This document shows positions 1 through 12,387 of a DNA stretch of 64,000 nt, in pieces (positions within the stretch are counted from its first letter, which is position 1; every line of letters starts with the position of its first letter). The position numbers were made by a program, and so were the translations under genes. The DNA is from Heteronotia binoei (lineage: Eukaryota), in the NCBI RefSeq assembly GCF_032191835.1, contig NC_083240.1:46066001-46130000 (forward strand), read 5' to 3'. The notes beneath the pieces were generated by a model that was not told the DNA's origin, made no database searches, and saw only the letters and a list, made by a program, of their open reading frames with translations.

Positions 1-757
1 TTCTACTTTTGGGGTTATTATGTTTTCTAAGGCAAGCTGCGCCACGGCTTCTTCCTGAACGCTGGCTATGCTAAGCAACACCAAGAAGCCAGCTTCAGAG
101 AGATTGTGTTGCATCCAGTAATTTATACAGAATCTTTCAACAGGAAGATCTGGCAGATCCTCCAAGAAAGCCACAACCGCTTTGCATGATAAGGGGCACA
201 GCTTCTCTCAGAGGTTTTTTTTTCTCTCCCTTCCCTCCCCCCCCCCCCCTTTCCCCTCTTTCTCTTGCACTGGTGCCTATTTGGAATCCAACTTTCATTC
301 CTGTTTCAAAATAACTGTAATTATCTCTAATTGCCATGATTATTTCAGTGTGGATTTGGGGGGGGGGGTTTACTATGGGGAAACGGTGCCTGTTCTTCAG
401 CCAGTCGGGTGCCGGAAACTGCCGCCCAAATGCTGAGATTGTTTTGTATTTTATGCAAAATGCAGATGAGGTGCATGCAGCCTGGCGACCTGCGTGAGGC
501 CAATGCAATGTGTCACTTGTTTCCCCTGCTCTCTGCCTGGAGGAAGGCACAAAAAGGGTGTCTCTGGCAGCCCCCGAATGGCTTGCACAGGGGTGAGATC
601 AAGATGGGCTGCCGTGTTAGTCTGTCTGCAGCAGTAGAAAAGAGCCAGATTCCAGGAGCACCCTCAAGACTAACCAAACGTGTGGCTGCTTTTGGGAGCC
701 GCAGGTATCTGAAATAAGTGTGCAGTGACTTTTACAAAGGGTGACTATAATATAGTG

Positions 758-1065
758 CAGCGGTGGCCAAACTGTGACTCGGGAGCTGCATGTGGCTCTG
801 TCACACATGCTGTGTGGCTCTTGAAGCCCCCAGTTGGCCAGCTTGGAGAAGGTATTTGTCTCTTTAAATCACTCCTCCAAGACAAGCCAGCCAACGGCTT
901 GGAGAACACATTTAAAATTAAAGTTGCTTTCTTTCCACCTCTCCCTCCCCTATTTATTTTCCTTCCTTGCAGCTCTCAAACATCTGACGTTCATGTCTTG
1001 CAGCTCTCAAACATCTGACATTTATTCTGTATGGCTCTTTCATTAAGCAAGTTTGGCCACCCCCG
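758..1065. mobile_element. hAT-type non-autonomous DNA transposon (MITE)
   Basis: Termini CAGCGGTGGCCAAACT...AGTTTGGCCACCCCCG; 8-bp TSD ATATAGTG/ATAGAGTG (1 mismatch); same family at 32802 and 37848. Confidence 0.75.
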
Positions 1066-1983
1066 ATAGAGTGGGTTCCATGCAATGAAGAGGCGAGGTG
1101 GTAGTGCTCATAGCTCTTTTTATTCAGCACAGCATAATATAGGGCTGCACTCGAAGACTGCAGACTGGGCCAATTTATATACACTCAAGGTTCCTGCTCT
1201 AGCATGTTCGTCAACCGTTCAAACCAGCAGGGGACCTGTGATTGGAACAGGACAGCAGGGATTTGGATCCTACTGTCCGTTGTTCTCGAGTCCCCCAGGC
1301 TCAGTCCTGCAGGCTCCAATGGGCCAGGCAAGAACACTGTTCGTTATACGCATTTCTGATCACATATACAACAGTGACCCTCAGCTAGGCCTTGCTGGAA
1401 AGATGCCGGATGGTGGCTAATGGTTGACCACTGGCCTCTTCCAGTTCCTCTGTTCAGGAAGAGGATGGGTTGTAGCAGACATATTGACATCTTCAGCAGA
1501 AACCGAGAGCATCCTTCCCGGGCCTGGCTCTTCATTCCAGGGCACAGTGGGCAAGAGGCTGTGGCAGCCCCAAGGCCAATGCTGCACCCATTGCCCCTTC
1601 CACATTCACAGATGGGCAAAAAGCAGGGGGGGGGGCTGTTGTGCCACAATGGCAGCTCACCTGCTGGGTAAGAGGGAAGCAATGGCTGCTAGAAGCATCC
1701 CTGAAGTCGGCTGCAGGCCAGGGGCTGGCGACGGGGCCTCCCCAGCAGGGTCACAGGCCTCAACCTTCCCCCACAACACTGGCCTCACATGGCTACAAGA
1801 AGTGCAGCGTTCTTTATAGAGGCGCTCTGATATCATAATATTGAGATTATGAGAGACTCGCTCTTTGGAAATTAAGGAAGCTGAAATCAGCCTTTGGAAA
1901 TGACAAAGAATGAATTCTACAAGTATTGCAAGTTTGCAACATTCTTTATTACGAGACCAGCACTGGCATTTTAACCAGCCTGG

Positions 1984-2231
1984 AGGAGGAGGAGGAGGAG
2001 ATTGGATTTATACCCCACCTTTCGCTAGCCAAAGGAGTCTCAGGGTGGCTTACAATCTCCCTCTTTGTGAGGTGGGTGGGGCTGAGAGGGCTCTCACAGC
2101 AGCTGCCCTTTCAAGGACAACTCTTGCAAGAGTTATGGCTGACCCAAGGCCATTCCTGCAGCTGCAAGTGGAGGAGTGGGGAATCAAACCCAGCTCTCCC
2201 AGATAAGAGTCCGTGCACTAGACCAAACTGG
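1984..2231 (-). mobile_element. tRNA-derived squamate SINE with L2-like 3' tail
   Basis: Reverse complement of the copies at 30172, 34185 and 61544. Confidence 0.8.
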
Positions 2232-5200
2232 TTTGAGTGGTGAGATTATGTCAACGATGCTTGGAAACTTCATGAAGTCTTTCAGTGACGGACTTTGAAT
2301 TTTTTGAATAACCGTTGAACTTAACTTGGCTTACGCATTTCAGCACTGAAAGATGTATTTTGCATCTTAATAATATTGTAAATTGTACTTATTAAGCATG
2401 TTTGTTGATGCTGTTGAACCTCGGTGTTTATAATAATACAGGAAGTGGCTTTTCAACCATTTAAAATTGTCAGTATATTTTGTTAATTTTTCCACAGTTT
2501 GGATTGTTGGTATTTTCTCCATGTCAACTGATGCCTGTAGCCTGCAATCAGCCCTAAGTCCAGAGATCTGTAAACCCCCGGCTTTTTATAAATTTATTGT
2601 ATGGTTTTCCTTCGTGAGCCGCCTCAAGGAGGTCTCCGGGGGAGGCAGCATGTCAATGCTCTGAATAATGAAATAAAAATTCTCAAGTGGAAGTCCGGAT
2701 TCTGATGCGAGTCGCCAGCCTCAGAGGCAGCCACATGAAATCGATTCTTTAGTTGTAGCTTTACTAGTACAACAGCCTGCTGGTCTTGTCCAAGTTGTCC
2801 AGTGGCTAAAGCATGATGGGAGAGACCCCCCCCCAACTATCCCAATTTCCATCATTCAGAGGTAGGTTGTCCCCTCCCCTCCAATGCCCTGCTTTTGTCT
2901 CCTTCCCCACCCAAGGCATACAACTTGCAAATAAACATTGCAATGCGGTCACAATCACCTGTGCCATAGCAACTAGGCATTTTTTTTGCCAACAATCATC
3001 TCCTCCTTTTGTCTGTTTCAATGAGGTCTAGGACAGAATCAACCTAGCTCATGGACTGAGGCACCAAACCCTCTGAGGCAGAAGCTGTGTCTCACGAGAC
3101 AAGGCAGAAGCAAGCAGGGCTCTTTCTCTCTGATTTCCATCTTACTAAAAAAAACCCCGCACACACAATTCAATGGCTCTGTTGTGGGCAGGGCCGGCTC
3201 GGCCACTAGGCAAACTAGGCAGTTGCCTAGGGTGCTGGGAGGATGGGGGCACCAAATTGTGCTCCCCATCCCCTCCCGGTGCCCCAGGCAAGCACCTCAT
3301 TTGCCTGCCTCCTTCGTCTGCCGGCCGCTACCGCCGCCCACCCCTCCGTTCCCTTCCCTTTGCCTCTCCCCGGTGATTCCATGCCGCCCCCGTGCCTCCT
3401 CCCCTCCCCACCTCCTCCCCCTCCCTCCCTCCCTTCCCCACCCCACGTCAATTTCAGTGCCAGAACCGGTTCTAAGCAGCAGAGTTTGTGAAGAACATCC
3501 TGAAGAACAGGGAAGTGCCTGCAAGTCCAATTCCAGAAGATGAATTCCAATAAGGACAATCAAAGGATAAACACGTGAGAAATCCCAGGTAATGGCAATC
3601 TCGTTTTGGCCACCTTTGTCAGTGAACACGTATGAAGCACTGTTTGTACACATAGATGGTATTAATTCCAAGATAAAGTTTTTAAAGTCAAACTACACGA
3701 AGATCATCCAAAAAAATCAATAGAAAGTAATCTGATCATGGGCTGGGCACCGTTCGGTCTGCAGAACACAAATAATACAAAGATCAGTTCCTTGGAGGCA
3801 ACTAGAATTTCTAGTTGCCTCCAGGGACTAGAATCCCACTGATCTCCCCCCGCCCCAGCTCCACCTTCCCTCCCCGCTCCTTTCCCAGATGGAGTTAGCA
3901 ACCCTATAAGGCGTTCCCCTGTCAAGCATCTCCAGAAAGGATTGGGATCAAATGCAGCTACATCATTTGGTGGATTGACTGCACACAATTTGCATTCTCT
4001 TGAGAGCTGCCTTCCTTCGGCAGGTGCTGGTGAATACCGTGTGGCTTGTTCTCATGAAGCATGATGATTAGTCTCCTTTGAATGTATTCCCTTCGCTGGG
4101 GCCTGACAGCCATTTTAGAAATGCAAGGCAATTTGAGTGAGGGACTTGAGCGTTCCTTTGAACTATGTGGCTGCAATGGCTCAGAAGCCTTTTGAAGCCT
4201 GCCACTGGAGGCATTTGCATGAGCAGTGCAAGTCTTACCACGTGCGCGCACCACTGGCAAAACCGTTTCATCACTTTTGCAGAGCAGGTATGCAGGGCAC
4301 TTTTTTGTTGACAAAGCCCAGCAGGACTCATTTGCATATTAGGTCACACCCCCTGACATCACCATTGTTTCACATGGGGCTTTCTTGTAGAAAAATCCCA
4401 GCAGGAGCTCATTTGCATATTAGGCCACACCCCCGACACCAAGCCAGCCAGAATTGCATTCCTGTGCGTTCCTGCTTAAAAAAAAAAGGTTATGTGTTTT
4501 GTGTGTTTGTGTGGCTATTTGTTGTGGATTTGAGCAAGGCATGGGTGGCATCCAAGGGCAACGGCAAAGACAGAAGGACAGATGTAACCCTGACTCAGTC
4601 TGATGGGCATGAGCACAATGTGCCTAAAATTAAATTACTTTGATGTCTTCGATTTCAGTTCAGCCTGTCTGGGTTGGGATGTTTGGCTGGTGTGCTCCCC
4701 CACGCAGCGCTTCAGGCTCACATTTTGATTCTGCTCAAAGAGCTGAGGGGAGCCTAGATGGTCCTCCTCTCTGTCTGCAAAATAACCTCTTGATTTAACT
4801 TCAGAATCCACACTCTTGATGACTATATATGCCACCCGAGCCCTGCTCACATCTCACAGCGAAAACACCCACATCCTGCCTGTACGTATGTACATTCTGT
4901 TTGTAAAGAAGAGCCAATGCGTGTTCACTTCATGAATGAAAGCAAGGACCAGGACCTAGATAAACGTGGGGTTTGTATCTGGGCTGGGCAAGTTCCTGCT
5001 GGAGGGGTAATGGAGCCCCTGCTCCTAGCTGGCCCTTGTCACAAGTGCTCAGCTGGATGGGGGCAGAAAAGTGTGTGTGTGTGTGGCATCCCAATGCATT
5101 CACATCACTTCTGGTATGACTGGAAGTGATGTCAGCACAGGTGATGCTCTAGCATTCGGCCAAAACTATGGTAAAACCATAGAGTGTTGGCCAGATGCTA

Positions 5201-5699
5201 GAATCACTGTCAAGCCCCCCATCTCCTGCCTGTTGCCACCTACATACCGCCAACCGTATTTTTCTCACATGCATTGCTGCAACATAACCAGGACATTTTT
5301 TGAGCAGGAATGCACAAGAATACAGTTCTGGCTGGCTTGGCATAAGGGGGTGTGGCCTAATAGGCAAATAAGTTCCTGCTGGGCTTTGCCTACAAAAAAG
5401 CCGTGTGAAACAATGGTGACATCGGGGGTGTGGCCTAATAGGCAAATGAGTTCCTACTGGGATTTTTCTACCAAAAAAGCCTTGAACATGATAACTAGTC
5501 AGTGAATTAAGAACTATAGTACCGTACACAGATTTTATGTGCTTTCATTGTAACTTGTTAACAGGACTAGTGTCTTAGGCCCTACCTGTGCAGAGAGCTG
5601 ACAGTGGCCCCAATATAACAACCAAAGAGAACACATGACCACAGACAGTTGAACATTTAAAAAAAAAAACCCAACTTTGTGCTTCATTTTTATTTCCTG

Positions 5700-6000
5700 T
5701 TATAAATAATAATAATAATAATAATTTTTTATTTCTATCCCGCCCTCCCCGCCAGAGCAGGCTCAGGGCGGCTCACAACATAATGATACATTACATCGGT
5801 TTTACATAATAAAAACATAAAAACATAATTAAAACAGTTATAAATTATTAAAATTAACATAACAGTGTGGCGTTATAGAACATTTCCAGCAGCATAACTA
5901 GCTTTGTCACTGATTCTGTCACTAGTTGATATAAACAACAACAACAACATTGTATTTATATCCTGCCCTCCCCACCGAAGCAGGCTCAGGGCGGCTAACA
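5700..6000 (-). mobile_element. Two short L2-type 3' tail fragments with (AAT)n/(AAC)n tails
   Basis: ATCC(C/T)GCCCTCCCC...GCAGGCTCAGGGCGGCT matches the 3' end of the L2 at 23290-23330. Confidence 0.6.
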
Positions 6001-6564
6001 GCATTTCATACAATAAGTTATACAATGGGTATTAAAAACAACATTAATCTTAAAACATTCTAGTTATAAGTTAAAAATCAACATTTCTGGTGCTATTCTA
6101 TTGGCAAATATGATGGCAAGTCACAATTATAGCATTGGAAGGGGGGAGCTGAAACAAAAAAACCCATAAATATGATGTGTAGTTTTGTGGGAGAGAATTT
6201 CACAAAGAAGGAAAAACAACACTATTTACCTATTTGCTTCTGGGCACAATTCAAAATGCTAGTTATTAAATCTTGTAATCCGGGGACAGGGTACTTAAGG
6301 CTCAATCATCATCTATCATCTTTTTAAAAAAAAAATCCTGCCCTTTCTCCACGGACCTTGACCTGCCACAGAGAGAATTTCTTCCACTTGTTTGCTTATG
6401 AACTTGCTCATCAAATTTTTTTTCCTGAGGCCCTTCTTGGCACAGGGAAAGTATCAGATGTGAAGGAGCTCTATCAGCAGCGGGGCCTTTTTTATGGTAG
6501 CCTCTGCCGGGGCTTCCTGGGAAGGGAGAGTTATTCTTGAGTTTCCAGGTTGGGTTTGCTACTG

Positions 6565-6748
6565 ATCTTCTTCGTGGTCTCTGTGCATCACACTTGTGGG
6601 ATACTGCGCCTGCGCGGGTCCCCGATCGGTATCTGTAAGAAGCCCGGGAATTTTCCGCGGTCGGCGCCACTGGGCATGCGCAGGCGTCCCATTGCGCACG
6701 CCCAACGGCGCCACCGCGGTAATCCCGCCAGTTCCTTTCTGACCGCTG
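6565..6748 (+). repeat. DIRS left inverted terminal repeat
   Basis: Reverse complement of 12388-~12570, nearly identical over most of its length. Confidence 0.95.
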
Positions 6749-7034
6749 CGCGAAGAAGCTGCGTTTTCATCGTGTTCCCGGTCGGTGAGCTTCGGGGTTT
6801 TTCACCCTTTTTTCCCCCTTAGCCTCTGTATATATATTAGCCTGTTTATTGTTTTTTCTTAGAATAGTAGTTAGTTCTTAGTAGTTAGCTAGTTAGTTAA
6901 AAAAAAAAAAAAGTTGTTTTTTCTCAGGGTGCGTGTCGCGGGGTTTGTCCTCCGGGACTCCCCCCCCCCCTGCTCCCCAAAAATTTTTCTCCTCTCAGAG
7001 GACTCTGAGAGGACCCTCCTAGCGACCACTGTCT

Positions 7035-9287
7035 ATGGACAGTCGCTGGGGTTTCTTCAAGAGGTGCCAGGCCTGCGGGAAGAAGATCGCCCCTCCCGAC
7101 GGCCATTCCCTGTGTCTTCTTTGTTTGGGAGAGGCGCACCGCGTGGAGACCTGCCCACACTGCCAGCACTTCTCCAAACAGACAAGGAAGAACAGGGCGG
7201 CAAGACTTTCGGCAGCGCTAACCGCCTCGGCACTGAGACCTCCAGTTTCGGCTTCGGTACCGAAAATGGCAAATGCCCAACTGTCGACGGGTCCATCGGT
7301 CGATGCCCCCGTAGTCGACACGGGAACGCCGAGAGATCAGCACTCGGCGAAACGGTCCCTCGAGCTATCGACCGAGAAGCCGTCGAAGAAGCGACGCGAG
7401 GAAGCGGGCCGCGAGTCCTCCAAGAAGGAGAAGAGTAAAGAAAAGAAAAAGCGACCTCGCTCCTCTCCTCCGCCACCGGACACGGCGGCATCGACCGCCA
7501 CTGAGCCGCGCAGAAGGGTTCCTCCCTCTCCGCTCCGCAGCCCCTCGACTCCAGCGGTCGGCGCGCATACGTCGCACAGCCCTACAACTCAGCGGGCTAG
7601 CGTCCATCGGCCGCGCAGTCCCTCAACTCCGAGGGCTAGCGCTCATCGGCAGCACACCTCGCCGATCCTCGACCCGAGCGCTAAGGGGCAGCACATTCCA
7701 GCACCAGAAGTGGAGATCGACCTAACCCGTCGATCCCCTTCGGTGGCCTCTCGTCGGAGGAGCATCGACTCGGCATCGGACGTCGAGCCCCTACCATCGG
7801 CTGACGAGGCGACGCCTGCAGCGCCCAAGCGACCGAGACAAGGGGACCCATCGGTCGAGCGCGTGAGGCGAACCGACCCATCGGTCGAGCGCGTGAGACG
7901 AAGGGACCCATCGGCCGACCCGCGCCGCTTCCCATCTATGCCCCCCTGGGAACAGCACAGATGGCAGCCTTCGTATCCCTGCTGCCCGCCTTACCACTGG
8001 TACCAGCCACCGGAACACCAGGAATGGGAGCGTCGGTCCGATACGTCCTCCTTCTCTAGGACATCACACCGACCCAGGCAACCATCGGCATCACTCTCGA
8101 TCCCGCCGGAGGAACGCGCCGCCGCGACAGACCCCCCGACCCGACCGCTGACGCCGATCCAGCAGAGGGAGCCAACACCACCTCTGTCGACACACTCGGA
8201 CTGTGAAGAGTCCGAGCCATCGGGTTCGGAGAGCGACGAGGGGAGGACCTGGGAACCCTCGCCCGACCCAAATACTGCGGAGGACCTCCCGGTTTCACCC
8301 TCCGAGGACCTGAGCTCCTATGCGGAGATGATCAAGAGGATGGCATCGACCATCGCTTTACCCATCTCGCAACCCAAGCCAGTGGTGGACGATAGCGTCT
8401 TCGATATCGTCCAACGCGACGCCTCCACAGCCATAGCCCTACCGATGACCAGGGTCATGTTGCAGGCACTCAAGGACCCATGGAAAAAGCCATCATCGGC
8501 ACCGGTGTCCTCGAGGAAGTTGGATCACATATACAAGATCCAGGAGGCGGGGGCTGAGTTTTTATTCACTCATCCAACACCCAACTCAGCCATCGTCTCG
8601 TCTTCCTCGAGGTCGCGCAAGGTGCATTCTGCCCCCCCTGACAAGGAGGGGAAGAAACTAGACTCCATGGGCAGGAAGATCTATTCTGCAGCATCCTTGG
8701 GTGCCAAGGCCTCCAACTACACAGCCTGCATGGCGAGATATCAATACGCCATGTGGGAACAGTTGTCCCCGCTCCTATCCGCCCTGCCTGAGGACAAAAA
8801 AGCGGCTGCCAAGAAACTGCAGCAGGAGGGCCTGAAGGTGGCCAAGCAGCAATTGACAACTGCAAAGCACCTAGTGGACGTCTCTGCCTCACACATCATG
8901 TCCGCTATCGCCATCCGCAGGCACTCCTGGCTGAGGTCCACCGCCCTGCAGCAGGACACCAGGGCACTTATCGAGGACCTGCCGTTTGAAGGGGACGGGC
9001 TCTTTAGTTCCACTACAGATAACGCCCTGCAGGAACTAGATAAGAACCTTAAGATCTCCAAGAGCCTGGGAGTGCAGGCACCCTCCAGACAGCCCAGGGC
9101 TAGACAGTGGAGTAGATCCTGGACTAGGAAACCCTCCCACAAGTCGTCCACAGACCAACAGTGGCGCCCACGCCGTTCGCAGCCCGACAAGCAGGCCTAT
9201 TCGGGCAATAACACTAATAGGGGGCGCTACACCACCCAGCATTCAGGCAAACCTAAGGGTGCCCGCCCCTCCAAGCAGGGACTTTGA
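7035..9287 (+). CDS. DIRS ORF1 (Gag-like), 750 aa, intact
   Basis: ATG start; N-terminal Cys/His finger (CQAC...HSLCLLCLGEAH...CPHC); Pro/Ser/Arg-rich middle; C-terminal region typical of vertebrate DIRS ORF1 (LAP2alpha-like). Confidence 0.9.
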   Translation: MDSRWGFFKRCQACGKKIAPPDGHSLCLLCLGEAHRVETCPHCQHFSKQTRKNRAARLSAALTASALRPPVSASVPKMANAQLSTGPSVDAPVVDTGTPRDQHSAKRSLELSTEKPSKKRREEAGRESSKKEKSKEKKKRPRSSPPPPDTAASTATEPRRRVPPSPLRSPSTPAVGAHTSHSPTTQRASVHRPRSPSTPRASAHRQHTSPILDPSAKGQHIPAPEVEIDLTRRSPSVASRRRSIDSASDVEPLPSADEATPAAPKRPRQGDPSVERVRRTDPSVERVRRRDPSADPRRFPSMPPWEQHRWQPSYPCCPPYHWYQPPEHQEWERRSDTSSFSRTSHRPRQPSASLSIPPEERAAATDPPTRPLTPIQQREPTPPLSTHSDCEESEPSGSESDEGRTWEPSPDPNTAEDLPVSPSEDLSSYAEMIKRMASTIALPISQPKPVVDDSVFDIVQRDASTAIALPMTRVMLQALKDPWKKPSSAPVSSRKLDHIYKIQEAGAEFLFTHPTPNSAIVSSSSRSRKVHSAPPDKEGKKLDSMGRKIYSAASLGAKASNYTACMARYQYAMWEQLSPLLSALPEDKKAAAKKLQQEGLKVAKQQLTTAKHLVDVSASHIMSAIAIRRHSWLRSTALQQDTRALIEDLPFEGDGLFSSTTDNALQELDKNLKISKSLGVQAPSRQPRARQWSRSWTRKPSHKSSTDQQWRPRRSQPDKQAYSGNNTNRGRYTTQHSGKPKGARPSKQGL
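7845..7916 (+). repeat. 30-bp tandem repeat in ORF1 (DPSVERVRR x2.5)
   Basis: GACCCATCGGTCGAGCGCGTGAG recurs at 30-nt spacing. Confidence 0.9.
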
Positions 9288-11182
9288 CTTTTCTGTCCCA
9301 CGCATCGTCGCCCCTGCCCGCTGCACCATCCGCCTCCGCCCCTTCCTCCCTGCCTGGGAGCAGGTCTCCTCAGACAGGTGGGCTCTCTCCATCATCAAAG
9401 AGGGCTACAAATTAGACTTTGCTCAGATTCCAAACCAGTCCGTGGTGGTTACCACCCCCCCCTCCCCACCGCTGCTGGCAGAGGTGGCCACCCTCCTACA
9501 GAAACAAGCCATAGAGGAAGTACCTCCAGAGGACAGTCCCGGGGGTTTCTACTCCCGTTACTTCCTGGTTCCCAAGAGGGACGGGGGACTGAGACCCATC
9601 ATGGACCTTCGGAATCTGAACAAGTTCATCCTATACCGCAAGTTCCGGATGTCCACACTGCAATCCATCCTGCCCCTCATCAACCAAGGCGATTGGATGG
9701 CCACCCTAGATCTCAAGGATGCCTATTTCCACATCAGCATCCACCCAGAGTTCAGACGGTTTCTAAGGTTTGCGGTAGGCCCACAGCACTTCCAGTTCAC
9801 GGCCCTACCATTCGGACTTTCCACAGCACCCAGGGTGTTTACAAAAATGATGAGCGTAGTGGCTGCCCACCTCAGGCTACAAGGGGTGATGGTCTTCCCA
9901 TACATAGACGACTGGCTCCTGGTAGCCAGTTCAAGGGAAAGCCTATCTGCTCACATCACGTCCACGCTACGCCTCCTGGATGCCCTGGGCCTACAGGTCA
10001 ACCTAGAAAAATCGAAACTCACCCCATCAAGGTCAGTGCAGTTTATAGGAGCAGTGCTGGATACAAACCTGCACCGAGCGTTCTTACCCGCCCAAAGGGC
10101 AAAAGACATTACCAGCTCTGTACAATTGCTCCAGAGGCAGGGATGGGGCACAGTCAAACAGATCCAGCGGATGCTGGGCCTGATGGCAGCGACGACAAGC
10201 GTGCTTCTCTTCGCGAAACTGAGGATGAGGAACATGCAGCTATGGTTCCTACGTCAGTTCCGCCCAACCAGGGACTCACCTCGAAAGAGGTTCACTATTC
10301 CCCCCATGGCGCTCCACTCGCTTCACTGGTGGGGGTCAAAGGACAACATCTGCCAAGGAGCGCCCTTCCACCTTCCGGCCCCCACAGTGACCATCACCAC
10401 GGACGCTTCCCAGTGGGGATGGGGCGCTCACATGGAAGGACTGTGCGTGGGGGGCCAGTGGCCACCCAAGCTGGCCCTGCAACACATAAACTACCTGGAA
10501 CTGTTAGCAATCCACTTTGCTCTGCGTTCATTCCGCCCGAAGCTGACAGGGAAGACGGTGGCTCTGCTCACAGACAACACCACCGCCCTGGCATACATCA
10601 ACAGACAGGGTGGAACAGTGTCCCGTCGCCTTTGCGCACTGGCAATGGACTTATGGGCGGAATGCATCCAGCAGGACATCTTCGTCAAGGCCGCGCACCT
10701 CCCAGGGGTCCTCAACATACAGGCGGACTCCCTGAGCAGAGGGGGGGCCTCACCGCACGAGTGGGAACTCCAGTGGCGCTTCCTGCAGCCAGTCTTCCAG
10801 CTGTGGGGTTACCCTCAGCTGGACGCCTTCGCCACAGCACACAACAAGAAGTGTCCCAGGTTCTGCTCCAGAGGGGGTGCCGACCCGGCATCCCTCGGGG
10901 ACGGCCTTCTCATCTCCTGGGAGGGCCGCTTCCTCTATCTCTTTCCGCCCCTCCCCCTTTTGACGAGGGTACTCAACAAGATAGCCAGGGACAGGCCACG
11001 CTGCATCCTAGTGGCCCCCTGGTGGCCACGTCAGAACTGGTTCTCCTCCCTACTACGCATGGCAGGGAGGAACTTCTACCACTTCCCAGCGGACCCAGAC
11101 CTCCTGTCATCTCAAGGGGGGGCTAGTGCTGCACCACAATGTGCCACACCTGAAACTGACAGCGTGGCTCATAGACCCCTAG
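9259..11182 (+). CDS. DIRS ORF2: reverse transcriptase, RNase H, DNA adenine methyltransferase-like domain
   Basis: DLKDAYFH, YIDD, TTDAS..GWGAH, HINYLEL, TDNTTA, ADSLSR, DAFA, YLFPP. The native end LKLTAWLIDP* (TAG 11180-11182) is reached only if one G is removed from the run 11116-11122; start codon uncertain. Confidence 0.9.
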
Positions 11183-12201
11183 ACTTCTCCAGCAGGGTCC
11201 AGGAAGTCCTACTAAATAGCAGAAAACCCTCTACCAGGGCTTCCTACGATAGAAAGTGGAAGAAATTCTCCAACTTTCTGGCCGACCGGCCAGGCACACC
11301 ACAGAGGGCAGGCCTGCCGGTAATCTTCGACTTCCTATTGTCTCTAGTCGACGCAGGCCTAGTCTTCTCGTCCATCAAGGTCTACTTGGCAGCAATATCT
11401 GCCTTTCACGACCCTGTGGGCGGATACTCAGTTTTCGCCCACCCTCAGTCCAAAAAGTTTATGAGGGGACTATTTAGACTACATCCACCATCTAGACCTC
11501 CCACTCAGCTGTGGGACTTGACTCTGGTCCTAGACATGCTAACCAGGCGTCCCTTTGAACCTATGGCCACGTGCTCTCTGCAGCTCCTGTCCTGGAAGAC
11601 TGCCTTCCTCGTGGCCATCACCTCTGCTCGTCGCGTGGGGGAACTCACGGCGATGCGCTGTGACTACCCCTACCTAGCTTTTACAGAATCTGGTGTCTCC
11701 CTGGCCCCAGATATCAACTTCCTCCCCAAGGTACCCTCCCAATTCCACCTCAATCTTGAGGTCTGCCTACCCACCTTCTTCCCTAACCCCTCCTCGGACG
11801 AGGAGCGGAGGCTGCACTCCCTAGACGTCAGGCGTGCCTTACTCTTTTACCTAAAGCGCTCTAAAGCCTTTCGCAGGGACCAACAGCTGTTCGTCTCATA
11901 TACTTCGCCCAGGCTAGGGTCTAGGATCTCTTCACAGCGATTCTCGAAGTGGCTGACGGAGACCATCAAGACCTGTTACCTCCTAGCAAAGAGGCCGCTG
12001 CCAGGACCTGTTCGCGGACACTCCACCAGAGCAATGGCGACATCGGTGGCGTTCCTGAAAGGCGTCTCCTTGGCGGACGTCTGCAAAGCTGCCACCTGGT
12101 CCTCCCCGCATGCCTTCATGAAGCACTACGCGCTGGACGTGCATGCTCAGCAGAGGACTCGGTTGGGGACTGCGGTGCTGCAATCTGTCGTCTCCGGTTG
12201 A
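11123..12201 (+). CDS. DIRS tyrosine recombinase domain
   Basis: TSARRVGEL (catalytic R), GHSTR (HxxR), FMKHY (catalytic Y); open to TGA 12199-12201. Confidence 0.95.
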
Positions 12202-12240
12202 CCGTCTTCCCACCTCCAGGTATGCCTTGCTTGCTAATCT

Positions 12241-12334
12241 CCCACAAGTGTGATGCACAGAGACCACGAAGAAGATAGACAGGTTGCTTACCTGTAACTG
12301 TAGATCTTCGAGTGGTCATCTGTGCAGTCACACT
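12241..12334 (+). repeat. DIRS internal complementary region (ICR)
   Basis: 12241-12276 is the reverse complement of the left terminus 6565-6600; 12277-12334 is the reverse complement of the right terminus 12542-12599. Confidence 0.95.
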
Positions 12335-12387
12335 ACCCGCCCTCCTTCCCCACTGCTGACGGTCTCCCTCTTATGGGGGGCTTTTTT

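Noticed and set aside
9259-12201. 980-aa RT-RNaseH-MT-YR polyprotein as a novel natural fusion
   Set aside because: A single-G change in the G7 run restores both a typical RT C-terminus and a continuous YR frame; more likely a mutation or sequencing error.
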